A DNA stretch of 64,000 bases, taken from Curvularia clavata (Eukaryota). The stretch covers positions 186,001 to 250,000 of the forward strand of contig CP089281.1 in the NCBI GenBank assembly GCA_023920165.1, in the 5' to 3' direction. Of this stretch, positions 25,444 to 37,582 are shown in pieces. Under the pieces are notes generated by a model. It saw nothing but the letters and a program-made list of their open reading frames with translations. It ran no database searches and was not told where the DNA came from. Positions within the stretch are counted from its first letter, which is position 1. Every line of letters starts with the position of its first letter. The translations under genes and the position numbers were made by a program.

Positions 25444-25723
25444 ACTCTACATGGTTTGGATATATATTTGTCAGAAATATTCTAGACGTGCAAGTCAAGT
25501 GTTTAGGACTTTGCGAGTAAGTGAAGTACTCTGCAGCTCTTGGGACCTTGTTTTATAACTTACGAAATATGTAAATCGTTGTTGAATCGCAATGGTTATG
25601 CTCACGTGTTTCCCTAAGCTCTGTCTCCGAAATACAGCCTTTGAAGGCCCTGAAGAAGCATTCCTTTAAGAAAAACTGCGGAAAACACACGATATAGGAA
25701 TGCTACAAGAGACAGAATAGAAT

Positions 25724-28599
25724 TTATTTTTGATGAGATGTCATATAGCGTAACCAGTCCTCCGACGCTAGCCGATCACGATGAGTCTCTGCGAGCGTAG
25801 TGTCGCGTATCTTGACTACGTGCTCTAGCAGCCTCACGGCGTCCTCAACCTGTCCGTTTGCCCAGTAGGAAACACCAAGCGCATGCTGCGACTGTAGCCG
25901 ATCAGGGTGAGTCTCTGCAAGCGTATCGTCACGTATCTTGACTACGTGTTCTAGCAGCTTTACAGCGTCCTCAACCTGTCCGTTTGCTTCATAGGAGACA
26001 CCAAGCTGATGCTGCGACTGTAGCCGATCACGGTGAGTCTCTGCGAGCGTATCGTCGCGTATCTTGACTACGTGTTCCAGCAATCTTACAGCTTTCTCAA
26101 TCTGTCCGTTTGCCCAGTAGGAAACACCAAGCTGATGCTGCGACTGTAGCCGATCGGGGTGAGTCTCTGCGAGCGTATTGTCTTGCACCTTGACTACGTG
26201 CTCTAGCAGCCTTACAGCGTCCTTAATCTGTCCGTTCGCCCAGTAGGAAGCACCAAGCTCATGTTCAGACGATAGCCGATCGGGGTGAGTCTCTGCGAGC
26301 GTATTGTCTTGCACCTTGACTACGTGCTCTAGCAGCCTCACAGCGTCCTCAATCTGTCCGTTCGCCAAGTAGGAAGCACCAAGCTCATGTTCAGACCACA
26401 GCCGATCTGGATCATCTTCGTCCAACCCCTCTCTGCAGCGATAGCACTCCTCTAGCCATCTCACGGCTTCTGGAACTCTACCATCGAATCGCAGGCATCG
26501 TCCCACCCAAAAACTCAGTTTTGCCCTGCTTTGGGCCTCAACAGATGTTTTTGTGTCAAGTAGTCGAAGTGCGTGAGGCATATATGCTCTCCATACGGCC
26601 TGGTTGGCAAAGTCGTTGGTCGGAAAAACTTCAGCAACATGCGCCATAGCCTGCTGCACCACATCTGCAGTACTGCTATACTTGTCTACCCAGACTTTGG
26701 TAGCCAGATGCACAAGTCGATGCAGATCATACCATTCTTCTCCTCCATCGACCTCACTAGCATTGTCGCCTTCACGCCTCGACACAAAAGAGTACCCGCA
26801 GAGCGTGCCGATAGCCTCTTCTAGCCGCTCTTGCGACTGCAGCTTCGGTAGCAGCGACTGCGGTATTGCCTTCCACTCGATGCACGACATGAACGCTAGC
26901 AGATCTGCTGCCACAACATCGCGCTCTCGAAGCTGACTGAACGACACTACCCATGTTGAGGCCACTGCGTTCGCCGAGCCCTTGTAGCGTGTTTGGTCGC
27001 GGAACTCTTTGCTCATTAGACTGATAGTGTCTTGTTCTGTGTGCCTTAGCAACTGCAGATACTTTGTGATAGTTGTTCTGTTCATGTTCAGGTACGCGGC
27101 AGCCTGGGTGATGGCCAAAGGAAGGTACGCCAACTCGTCTAATAATTCCTTCATCTGGACGCATTCCTTCGTGAGGCTTTTCCTGACCAAAGACTTCTCC
27201 AAGAAGTTGGTGGCGTCTGGTTTGCTCATGGACCCCAACTCTAGAACGTCACCTCGTGTCAACGACACGGCGAGCTCTTGTACCCTTGTGGTGAAGACGG
27301 TCATGCCCTTCTCGCTTTCCGGTAGGTAGTCGATGATGCCCGCAGCATGCTCGGTCCCATACAAGACGTCGTGGTCATCTGCATTATCGATCACAAGCAG
27401 CCACGGTCCAGCCTGATCCGCACTCAGATGCTCTTTTACTAGCTCTTTTGCGTTATCTTCGCCCGTCTCCGCCTGACTGATGTGCAAAGCAGCAGCAACA
27501 GCGACACAAGCTTGCTCGTAGCTCTCCATGCTGAGTGCAGGCATCCAGAAGATGGAGACGGCTGACATGGTCTCTCTGACTGTATATGCAAACCGCAACG
27601 CTAGCTGCGTCTTCCCAGTCCCACCGAGTCCCACAATCGACATCTTTTGGCAGCCTGTGCCCCCTAGCAGCGTCTGGTTGAGTATCTCAAGCTCTTCTCT
27701 CCTTCCGACGAAGTATGGATTCTTGGGAAACGGTATGTAGTACGAGGGTTTGTGGGCAGCTGCACGTCAGCGTAAGTGGATCAGACGCACCTAAAGTGAG
27801 ACATGCGGCTGCCTTTGTACGTACCAGGTGATGCCTGTGGCTGGGATGATTCCTGCGAGTCTTCCGCGATGGCTTTTCTTAGCCTTCTGAAAGCATTGGT
27901 CTCGCCTTCGCCATAGTTGAGGAACGTGAAGACGCCAAAGATACCCAGCAACGAGTATGCCTTGTCCTCTTCACGCGAAGTCTGACGCTCGTTCGACCAT
28001 GACAGGCGCTGCTCTACGCTAAAGGTGTCTAACGGGGCTCCTGCAAGGGCAGGGCAGGGAATGCCCGTGATCTCGTGGATGAGTTGTTTGAGATTGTGTC
28101 GGTCTCCTATATGCGTCCAGTCTCTAGAATAGAAGCTTACAACGCGCGGGGCAAGCAGCTCTTGGAGTGTCCAACCTCGAGTAAACCACCTGCTCCGCCG
28201 AAACTCTCCTTCCCAAGCGGGCATGTCGGGTACACAATTCGTCGCTGGCTCAGCGTTGAGCACATCCGTCAGAAGAACGTAGCATCGAGTCGCCTCCTGG
28301 TACCAGCGGAACATGGAGTTGATGGCATGCTGAAGCTCGACATGATCTGCCTTGTTGATGCAGCATGTGTCGACCCAGAAGTACCGCAGGCCGTCCCGCT
28401 GAGCCTGTTGTGCGCAGAAGCGGATCTTGTCGAAGCCAGCCTTGTCACATCCAAGACCTCTTTTAAACTCGTCGAAAGTGACCTCCTGGCCAGGCAGCCA
28501 GGTGTGGGAGAGTATAGCGTAGGCGGGCACGTTGCCGGCGCCCATCAAGTCTTCGGTGAGCGTGATCGTGCCGTCATGTTGTATCTCAAGCAGTCGCAT
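25724..28599 (-). CDS. Fungal NLR: HET (PF06985-type) effector domain - NB-ARC - TPR
   Basis: HET motifs YAILSHTW, FWVDTCCINK, AINSMFRWY, SRWFTRGWTLQELLAP. Intron 27824..27760 joins in frame to IPFPKNPYFVGR. Walker A GLGGTGKT, Walker B WLLVIDNAD, LPLAITQAAAY, LHRLVH, then 42-aa TPRs. Confidence 0.95.
25771..26407 (-). repeat. Tandem 126-bp TPR-coding repeats (5 units) with high internal conservation
   Basis: Anchor GCCGATC recurs at 25771, 25897, 26023, 26149, 26275 and 26401, an exact 126-bp period. Confidence 0.95.
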
Positions 28600-30270
28600 G
28601 TTGTGAAGGAGGAGCTTCGGTCCTTGGTCGCATCAGGCTGGACAGCATGGAAGTGCGGCAGTCTACCAAGCAGTTAGATGGATCGTTTGCGCTCTCGCGT
28701 GCCGCCGTTAACGTCGATGGATGCGGGTAGGTGCATGTTCACACATGGAGCAAAGAGTAAGCTGCCTCGCTTTGCTACGCATCGGAGCAGGCTATGACGG
28801 GTGATGGCCTGTGGGTGCACCCGGAATACGATGGTTGGGCCAGACATGACGTGGCTGAAGATAGCCAGCATGCGCCACAGCCTAGACTGTCGTGGCATAG
28901 CAAGGATGTACAATACAGACCGCTAAGCGCGCAAAACCCCGCTATGTAAGCGCGTCCAGTCCCCGCGTTAAAACACAAGATCCTGTCTGCGAATGACAAA
29001 CTCAGAGTGTATGTAAATAGAAGCCACACATCATCAAACTTCGTCTAGTTCTATTTGATGTAATAGGACATGGTTCAAATGCTCCGAAGGGACCATAGTC
29101 GTGCTTGTTAGTGGTGGAGCAGGGGTGCATCGTCTTTGCAGTTTCTAAAGCCAAAGGCAGAATGCCTAGCAGCATAAACAGCGGTGCTGTATTCTTTGTA
29201 TGGAGGATATACAATAGGCGAAAACACGCTAGGAGTGCAGTTCCAGGCTAGCTCAGTTTTCGTTAGAGGGTGAGGTTGAGTCGGTGGTGCTTGAACCATG
29301 TTCGTGATTCTGCGCGGCGGCATGTTCTAACCCCAGGGAGGGAGGTTACGAGAGGCTTCTGGAGCGTGTACCCGCGTGCGAACCATTTGCTTTTTCGGAA
29401 ATGCGAGTCCTATGGTGGCGACGCAGTTGGGACATCTAGTAGTTGGACGTAGCATCGCGCTACACTTTGACACCTTCTAAACATAGATCGTATGGACAGA
29501 GTGAATTCGGCATTGTTTGCTTTGTTAATGCAACAAGTATCAGTTTGAAAGTACCCTAAGCCACTTCGCCGTGCTCGTTCCCCATCAGTAGCTGAGCTTG
29601 GTTCGGTCTGTGCTTCCTATCACATCTGCGGTCATCACCTCGTCCGTTCCCGCTCTTCACCTGTGAGAGAATGATGCATATAGTGGTTCGGTGCACTTGT
29701 CAGATGCGTCGATAAATGGGTGATTGTTGTCATCACACTTGAAAAGACTCATCCTTGGTGTAGTTGCACGGTCGAACCATGCAGCCAAAGCGAAACACGC
29801 AGATGCCGAGCGCTGCAGCCTGGATGAAAGGACCGTGTCGGGCGAGGCTATGTCTTAAATTCCTCACACTCGAGATTTTAATAAATTTAGGGAGATTAAT
29901 TGTACTATGTCTTATTGTCGTGCCAGTAGTACTCGTGTGCTAAGCGTGGTGAGGTTGTGATGTCGAGTGGCCGGGTCGGCACGCTGAATGCACACTGCAC
30001 ATCTAGCAAATAACTCCAGTGTAATTCGAGCTGCAGAGACCAGTGAGCCAAGCTTGTCTTAGGCACATATGGCTACTTCCAAAATGCATAATCCTGATTC
30101 GCGTGATTATGTCCGTCCAACGGTCACCTGCGTATGGTATCTTAAATCACTAGCCTCGCGCCACAAAGTGCAATTGGCTTATTGAACGTTACACAGCAGT
30201 ACATCCGAGCTTTGAGAAAAAGGAAACTGAATTCTGATCCCGAGCCCCACCTTGACACCACTTCTCCACA

Positions 30271-32895
30271 ATGGACAACAAGACATGCCGCTTCTTTGTC
30301 GCTGGATGCTGCTTGAACGGGGAGTCATGTCGCTTCCAACATCCTGATACGGTCCCCGCCCCTCTCTTTCACGAACGCAAAGCGGAACCTGTCAGACGCT
30401 TGCAGCCGAGCGGCTCCGTTCCAAAAACGAAAATACCCTGCAAATTCTATCTCCAAGGCACATGTAACAAGGGTGAATTCTGTGCTTTTGAGCATTCAAA
30501 CCCGACTACAGCCACAGCCACAGCCTTCTATCCCATGTCCAGGGACAGTAGGTCGAGCATAGCGTGCAGATACTTTCAAAGAGGCGTTTGTAAAATGGGA
30601 GGGCTATGCCCTTTCAGTCACGACATTCAAGGTCATCTAGTCATATCGAAGACGATGCCGGATCACAGGTCCATCACGGATAATGGTCTCGTTGCATCTA
30701 CTTGGGCACACTCCAATCCTTCCTTCGGAGAGCATGATGAAGCCAATGTGCCAAGAAACATTGCAGGAGCCAACGTATCTTTTGCTGATGGGGCCTCTGT
30801 TTCGACAATCTCTTTGATTTCCGACTTCTCTGCCATGTCCACATCCGCTGTATCTCAACAAACCTCCGTTCAAGATGTACTAGACCTTTTGAGCAGCAGG
30901 GGTTTTACTCAGGTAACTCCCGACTGTATTCACTTCAAAAAGATTCCGGACACTCTTCATAAGACGGCTGTAATCAAAGTCTGTGATCCAGACTTTGCTA
31001 ACAACCTTCTTCAGTCCCTTGGGGATGCCCCTGTCCGTCTCAGGGACGTGGATATTCACATGTCGAAAATGCATCTTGGAGGGGAGACAGAATCCGGCAT
31101 CAACCGGCTCCAGCTCACCGGCGTTATATGTTCATGGTTCAACCCCTCCAAGGTGGCTTATCTCCAATATGAAACGGGATGGAAAGCGCAGCTGGCACTC
31201 GAACACATCCGGGGTACAGAATCAAACCAGTTCATGGGGAGGAAGCTGAGTTTCATGTATCAACCACCTTGGTCCTTGCAAGTGGGTAATCTTGACCTGA
31301 ACACAGATGAAGCGGGACTTCGACGTTTTCTTGCTTCTCCACAGCCCATTAAAGTGACCTGGGGACCTCGATCTCACAATTTGACTGCAAAACAGCTAGA
31401 GGAGAGGGCTATCAAGCAACTTAGATGTCATGGTACTCTTATAGGAGAGTGTATTCCCAGTTCCCAAAAAGGACAAAGTAGGACGAAGATTATCGCCAAG
31501 TTCAACGATGCAGAGGCAGCCCTTAATGCGGTCAAGAAGATGCATGGAACGTATCTCGATCCCAGCTCGAATGACAAGTTGCAAGTCAATCTTCTTGTTT
31601 CCATTAAATTGTCGGTCTCCTCTCGAATCCTGGCAGCCATTCGACCACGACTTGACCCTCTCATTGACCAAACATGGCGAACGGATTACGTTCAGATCAA
31701 ACCCTATGAAGCTATGGGCAAGCAATACGCTCAAGTCCGCATTTTTGGTCAGTCCAGAGGACCAGTTGCCAAGGCTAAATCAGCCGTAGAGAAGCTTCTC
31801 ACTGGCCAGATCGCCGAAGACGAAAATGGCCCGATCACAGACCCGTTCTACTTTAAACCTTCTTCAAAGAGCTTTCTGGACGATCTCGGAGCCGCAAATA
31901 GTGTTTTCATACACCAGGATTTACGTCGATCGGTTCTTCGACTATATGGAGACGACACGGGTATCGAACAAGTCGAACGCGCTCTGGTGGCGAAATGTGC
32001 AGAGCTTAGGGAACATTCCCACACCGTGATTCTTGATCCCGGGGCTCTAGTTTTTGCCCTCAAGGGGGGATTCCGACAAATTGTCGAAGTTCTCGGAAAG
32101 AAAAAAGTGAAACTAGATATCATCAGCAACCCAAAGCGAATCATCGTCGAAGGCTCCACGAAAGATGTCGTTCAGATAAGGGAGATTCTCACATCAGGTG
32201 AATCTCTTTCACTTGGCATACAGACCGCCGGACCATCTATTGGTGAGGACGACTCCGAGCTGTTCTGCCCGGTATGCTTCACCCCACCAGAAGCCCCTAT
32301 CAAGACGCCATGCGGCCACGTCTATTGCAGCTCCTGCCTCGTCTCTCAATGCACGTCTGCCCATTCTTTTCCCCTCAAGTGCCTCGGGGAGAGCGCTGGC
32401 TGTGGCTCTCTGATAATACTTGCCGACGCGAAGAAAGTTCTTTCTGGGACCGAATACGATAATCTTCTCCAGGCATCTCTGACCTCATACCTTCGCAGTC
32501 GAACAACAGAATTTCAATATTGCTCTACACCAGACTGCGACCGCTTCTATAGAATTTCAACCACCGAAAAATCCCGAACATTCGACTGCGACGGCTGTCT
32601 TAGCTCCATCTGCACGAGCTGCCATCAAAGTCCCCACGACGGAATCACGTGTGAAGCTAACAAGGCACTGATCAAAGCTGCCTTGCAGGGAGATGAAGAA
32701 CTTGCAAAGTGGAAGAAAGAAAATGATGTGCGAGATTGCCCCAATTGTGGAGTGCCAATTGAGAAATCGTTCGGTTGCAACCACATGGAATGTATACTGT
32801 GCCAGATTCACATCTGCTGGTTCTGTATGAAGACATTTGGTAGTGGGGAAGAGACCTATGAACATATGAGACGAAAACATAGCAGCATTCAGTAA
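30271..32895 (+). CDS. CCCH zinc finger / RRM / KH-like / RBR (RING1-IBR-RING2) E3 ubiquitin ligase
   Basis: Three C-x7-C-x5-C-x3-H fingers, RRM-like LQVGNL and [17 protein letters not shown]1 [31 protein letters not shown], and RING2 [23 protein letters not shown] with the catalytic Cys. Single exon. Confidence 0.92.
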   Translation: MDNKTCRFFVAGCCLNGESCRFQHPDTVPAPLFHERKAEPVRRLQPSGSVPKTKIPCKFYLQGTCNKGEFCAFEHSNPTTATATAFYPMSRDSRSSIACRYFQRGVCKMGGLCPFSHDIQGHLVISKTMPDHRSITDNGLVASTWAHSNPSFGEHDEANVPRNIAGANVSFADGASVSTISLISDFSAMSTSAVSQQTSVQDVLDLLSSRGFTQVTPDCIHFKKIPDTLHKTAVIKVCDPDFANNLLQSLGDAPVRLRDVDIHMSKMHLGGETESGINRLQLTGVICSWFNPSKVAYLQYETGWKAQLALEHIRGTESNQFMGRKLSFMYQPPWSLQVGNLDLNTDEAGLRRFLASPQPIKVTWGPRSHNLTAKQLEERAIKQLRCHGTLIGECIPSSQKGQSRTKIIAKFNDAEAALNAVKKMHGTYLDPSSNDKLQVNLLVSIKLSVSSRILAAIRPRLDPLIDQTWRTDYVQIKPYEAMGKQYAQVRIFGQSRGPVAKAKSAVEKLLTGQIAEDENGPITDPFYFKPSSKSFLDDLGAANSVFIHQDLRRSVLRLYGDDTGIEQVERALVAKCAELREHSHTVILDPGALVFALKGGFRQIVEVLGKKKVKLDIISNPKRIIVEGSTKDVVQIREILTSGESLSLGIQTAGPSIGEDDSELFCPVCFTPPEAPIKTPCGHVYCSSCLVSQCTSAHSFPLKCLGESAGCGSLIILADAKKVLSGTEYDNLLQASLTSYLRSRTTEFQYCSTPDCDRFYRISTTEKSRTFDCDGCLSSICTSCHQSPHDGITCEANKALIKAALQGDEELAKWKKENDVRDCPNCGVPIEKSFGCNHMECILCQIHICWFCMKTFGSGEETYEHMRRKHSSIQ

Positions 32896-33200
32896 ATGAT
32901 GATGGCTGAATGTACGTGTTGGGTCAAGAGCATAAACCAGGTCTCTTGCTATTCGGATTCTGTAGCTGGTTACGGTTTCTTAGTCTTGCGACCTCCGACG
33001 ATGATGAGAAATCCTTTCCACATGAGAACAAATTCTTGAAAGATTTTGCATAATTGAAATCGAGGAAATAGTGTTCAATGATATTATGTTTCATCTGTTG
33101 AAAGCGGGGTTCAGAGATCTCCCGTAAACAGTATTATACAATCCACTTAACTACGCAAAATTAATGCGTCTAATCGGCTCTAACGTGGTATTCTTTTTGG

Positions 33201-35412
33201 TCAAGCCCAATCCATAAAAACTCCAACAAAAATACCCGCAAAGACAAAATCGCGCCACTTCGCACAGGCCAGCTCCTCCGCTGAGGAAGCAGGAGTCCTG
33301 CTACCGGTTTGACCGGCCGAGGTTCTGCTAGGTTGCGTGCACATTGAATCACTACTGCACGTTTCGTCTCCACTAGTACTATCACTGGCCGTAGTTGCCG
33401 TCACAGATATCGAATCCTCGATCACCGCAACGGGTGTCTCTCCAGGCATAAGCGAGATTTCCATACCATTGATTGTTGTCTCGCTACCTGGCATCAGTGT
33501 TTCGCCATTTGGCAGCAACAAGCCTCCGCCAACTGAGGAAGGAAGGAAAGAAAAACCAGATGGGAGAGCGCCAGCAGATATGGTTGTGCCCCCAAGAACA
33601 ATCTCGTTTGTCGTAGCTGGAAGTGGGATGGTACTGGTACCGATGATCAAGCCGGAATTGTCCCGCGAGATAGTCATACCGTCGATAACAGTTGTTTCTC
33701 CAGGAGCAAGCTCTGCTGCGAGTTCTCCAATGGGAACTGCAAATCCATTCACCTGAACTACGGAGGTGCGCGGTATCGATACACCTTGAGGCAATGCTAC
33801 AGTGCTTGTCCCATCAATTACAAGAAAAGAGCCAGAATTGTCGCGGGAGATGGTATCGCGACCGATGGTGGTAACCTGCCCAGGCTGGAGCTGCGTGGCT
33901 ATCTGGTTGATGTCGATAGTCGTTCCGCCAATGACAGCCGGTGGTGCAACAGGTGCTGGGGTTATCGGTGATAGGCCAATCGTTTTGCTGCCACCAACCA
34001 CCACGAAACCAGCGGAGCTGTCAAACGAGATCGGCACATCGTTGATAGTTGTTTGTTGACCAGGTTTGAAATCACTGGTCTTGTCGCCGATAATGATTAC
34101 AGATTTCGATGGGTCGATTGCAATGGGACCAGCTCCAGGTAATGTGACTATGGGGGTAGGAAACACGTCGTTGGGTGAACCAGGGGCGTCTGTTATAACC
34201 ACTTTCTTGGTGGCTGTCGGGTTGGCCGGTCCAGCTTGAGGTGGTGCATTTATTTCACCCGGCCTTGATGGCCCTTTGGTGGTCTTAGGAGGGCCATCAG
34301 GCTGCTGGATATCTACGGGGCCTTCTGGCCTACTACTCATCTTGGTTAGTTTGCTATAGGGTACGAAAAATATGATTCTTACGCTGTTGTTTTCGCACCC
34401 GGGTTGTAAACTGGTGGTGTGAGATGGCCATAATCGAAGAGAGTTGAAGTTGTAATCGCTGTCTCGGTTATGACGTAAGAGCCGGCGGGAAGTGTTTGTA
34501 CAGAGGTAGCAATGGACGTGAGAGTTATTTCACAAGTCCTTGAACCGGGTGGTATTTCAGAACCGTCAGTAGGACCGTGAGTAGGACCATTAGTGGGGTA
34601 GTATTGAGTCGGATTTGGTAGCGAGTCATTCCAGTTTCGATTGAGACTTCCCCCTATTAGCATGTCTTAGATAAGTACTTATGCGGTCAGCTTACCCCTT
34701 GACTGTGGGCATGACCATACGCTTGTCGACTATAGTTGAGTTCCAGGCTGGGTATGAATTCCATGGTACTGTAGGTTTGCTTCCCACTGGCGGAGGTGTA
34801 TTCCATGCTACTGTAGTAGTACCTGCAGCAGTAGTTGTATTTTGCACTGGCGAAGTTGTATCTGGTATTTCAATTGTGTCTGGTACTGCAGGAGTGTCTT
34901 GTGCTGCAGTTGTATCTGTTACTGCAGTCGTGTCTGGTGCTACAGGTACTCTAGTTGTCTCTGGGACTATTGAAGTCAAGTCCAGCCTTGTTGTAGCTGT
35001 GTCCGATGCGGAGGTGATCTTTGGCCACGATACTGAAAATGTACGCCATGCGTTTGTGGGCGTTTCCACTGCTGTTACAGTTGAGTTGTGGCCGACGATC
35101 TCGGTGCTTGTTGATGTTGACCCATTGTAGAATGGCGTGATGTGCACGAGTAGAGTCATGCGCGCTGTGCGTGTCACAGGTATAATGTTGGGCGCAATAT
35201 AGAAATTGCTCGTCATGGTAACATATCTAGTCGTACACCCATCATTTCGGGCCTTCAGTGTTTTTATGTCGTATGGAATGTTGTATGGGGCGTGCGGAAA
35301 TGCCACACACACGGCTGGAAAGAAAGTTACAATTAGCTTGTGTCTAAAAAGCAAAAGAACTCAAAACATTACCAACAAACCATAGTTGCACAAGCACAAA
35401 AGCGCCCGTCAT
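33201..35412 (-). CDS. Secreted Thr/Pro/Gly-rich mucin-like cell-surface protein, probably GPI-anchored
   Basis: Signal MTGAFVLVQLWFVAVCVA assembled across an intron; three introns link ORFs 34692..35354, 34379..34663 and 33201..34340. Repeated PG(Q/E)TT.I.G..IS beta-motifs and a hydrophobic C-terminal tail. Confidence 0.75.
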
Positions 35413-35950
35413 GATCGCTGCGAGGCTGGAGGTTGAGTCTCACAGGCAAAGACACTGCGATGGAGAAGAGAGCCCACGGCCCAGCAATATGGAGCCGAGT
35501 AGTAAGGCGAACATATCAGAAGATTGATCGTACGGCCCCATTGCCGGCGAAGAATCCTACTGTCACTTTGTGTGTTGTCTGAATGTTGGCCCCCAACGGC
35601 ATTGATCTTGGCGCAGCCGCAGCACACGCATTGCTATTGGCTGCATGTCTTCGTATTGCCTGAATGCGGCAGAGTGCAATAATATCTCATTGCGCTTTTG
35701 AGCAAGCGTGGTTAGGCAACCGATATGCTCACCTGCAGACGACAAGGGTGCTCTTCTCAAGGTCCACTCACAGCTTACAACAAACCCAGGCCGTTGAGAG
35801 TGGCGCATTCAGCTGTCGTCTAGACCCTGCGTTTAGGATGCCTACATACAGAATACCGACACCAATTTCCGAGGCGTCTCTGTGCTTCCCTCGAGGCAGA
35901 CACAGCCGTCGCAAGCGCACTCGTTTTGCGACGTCGACAGCACCCCTCAG

Positions 35951-37582
35951 ATGGCAGCACCACTAGTCGTCGAGGGCTCAGGGCAGTGGTATGGCAACGA
36001 CGGGAGCTGGTCAGGGTAGGTTTGGAAAGACTCCAAAAAGTGCTCTGCTACGTTGAGTGCTAATCATCATAGCTTCATGATCCAAGCGGGTACGCCGCCA
36101 CAAACATTTGAAGTCTTTCCGTCTTTTCAGTCGTCAAACATATGGCTCCCAAACGGCGAAGAGTGCAACCGACTCCAGAGCGACGTGCAATCATGCGGCA
36201 GCTCTCGCGGTGCAGCGCCATTCCAACAGAGGCCGAGTCCAGGCTTCCAGACGAACATGTCCTCTACCTGGCAGGGCATCAACCTCTACCAGCTCGGGCT
36301 CGAGCAAAATCATGGTATTACCGGGAGCGGGTTTGTTGGCTTCGATAATGTCCTTTTGAACGATATCGAAGTCGAAAAATTCATCGTCACTGCATATGCC
36401 GCGCCAGGCTTATGGCTAGGGCATATCGGTCTTCTGCCCCTGCCCATCAACTATTCAGAAACTATTAATTCGCCATCTTTCCTTTCAATACTCAAAGATG
36501 AAGGCCATATACCGAGCTTGGCCTACGGCTATCAAGCAGGCGCTTCGTATCGGGGCACCAAAACACCAGGAAGCCTGATCCTCGGAGGTTACGACAATTC
36601 GCGTGCATCAAAACCCCTCACCGTTAAGATCAACTCCGACATCACCAGAGCTCTAACAGTTGCTGTACATGACATGGTAGCGACCAACACGATGAACGGT
36701 ACATTATCTCTGATTAACAATGAGCAAATTCTCGCCCCTCTCGACTCTTCGATCCCTGAAATGTGGCTTCCGAAGTCGGTTTGCGATCGATTTGAGTCTG
36801 TTTACGGGCTGGAATACCACGAAGCATCTGGACGCTACGTCCTACCCGATTCTCAAAGGGACAAGCTCCGTGAGCTCAAGCCGGTCCTAACAATAACCAT
36901 AGGCTCAGACGCATCACTAACTGGCAACACTACTACCATTTCACTTCCCTATGCTGCTTTCGACCTGCAGGCCTCGTACCCAATATTCGCCAACACCACC
37001 AACTATTTCCCAATCCGTAGGGCCGACAATGCGACCCAATACGCAATTGGAAGAGCATTTCTACAAGAAGCATACGTTGGTGTGGACTTTGAATCCGGTA
37101 TCTTTAACGTCAGCGCCGCAAAATGGGACAATCTGGAACCCGAAGTTATACCTGTATCCCCCCGGCTGAACATCACCACTTACACGATTGAGGTCATCAA
37201 GAGCAAGAAAGGCATTTCAGGCGGTGCGATAGCTGGAATCGTTGTCGGATGTGTGGCTGCGATAGCCCTTCTTATTGCTGGTGCATGGCTATTTGCACGC
37301 AAGCGAAAGCGAAACAACGCATCAGAAGATGTAGCTATGGACACAATCGTGAACGAAAAAGCCATGTGCGATGGGTCAGAGCCGGCGGAACTCGAACCCA
37401 ATGTTATCAATATCAGCGAGCTTCCGGATAAGCACGGTAAAAGTGAGCTGCATGAGGGTAGGCCGGTGCCAGAACTTGGCGATCCTGACTACGTCTACGA
37501 ATTGCCAGCACAGAAGTTCCATGAGATGTCGACGGATGATGAACAACAAGATGAAAAATCAGAAGCAAGGACAGGCAGGTGA
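35951..37582 (+). CDS. Pepsin-like (A1) aspartic-protease-fold protein with a C-terminal TM helix
   Basis: Exon 1 MAAPLVVEGSGQWYGNDGSWS, intron 36016..36072, then GTPPQTFEV, GSLILGGYD, LDSSIPEMWLP, IGRAFLQEAY. TM segment GGAIAGIVVGCVAAIALLIAGAWLF followed by RKRKR. Start uncertain. Confidence 0.85.

Noticed and set aside
25771..26407. Periodic repeats as a CRISPR-like array
   Set aside because: Eukaryotic in-frame TPR-coding repeats without unique spacers.
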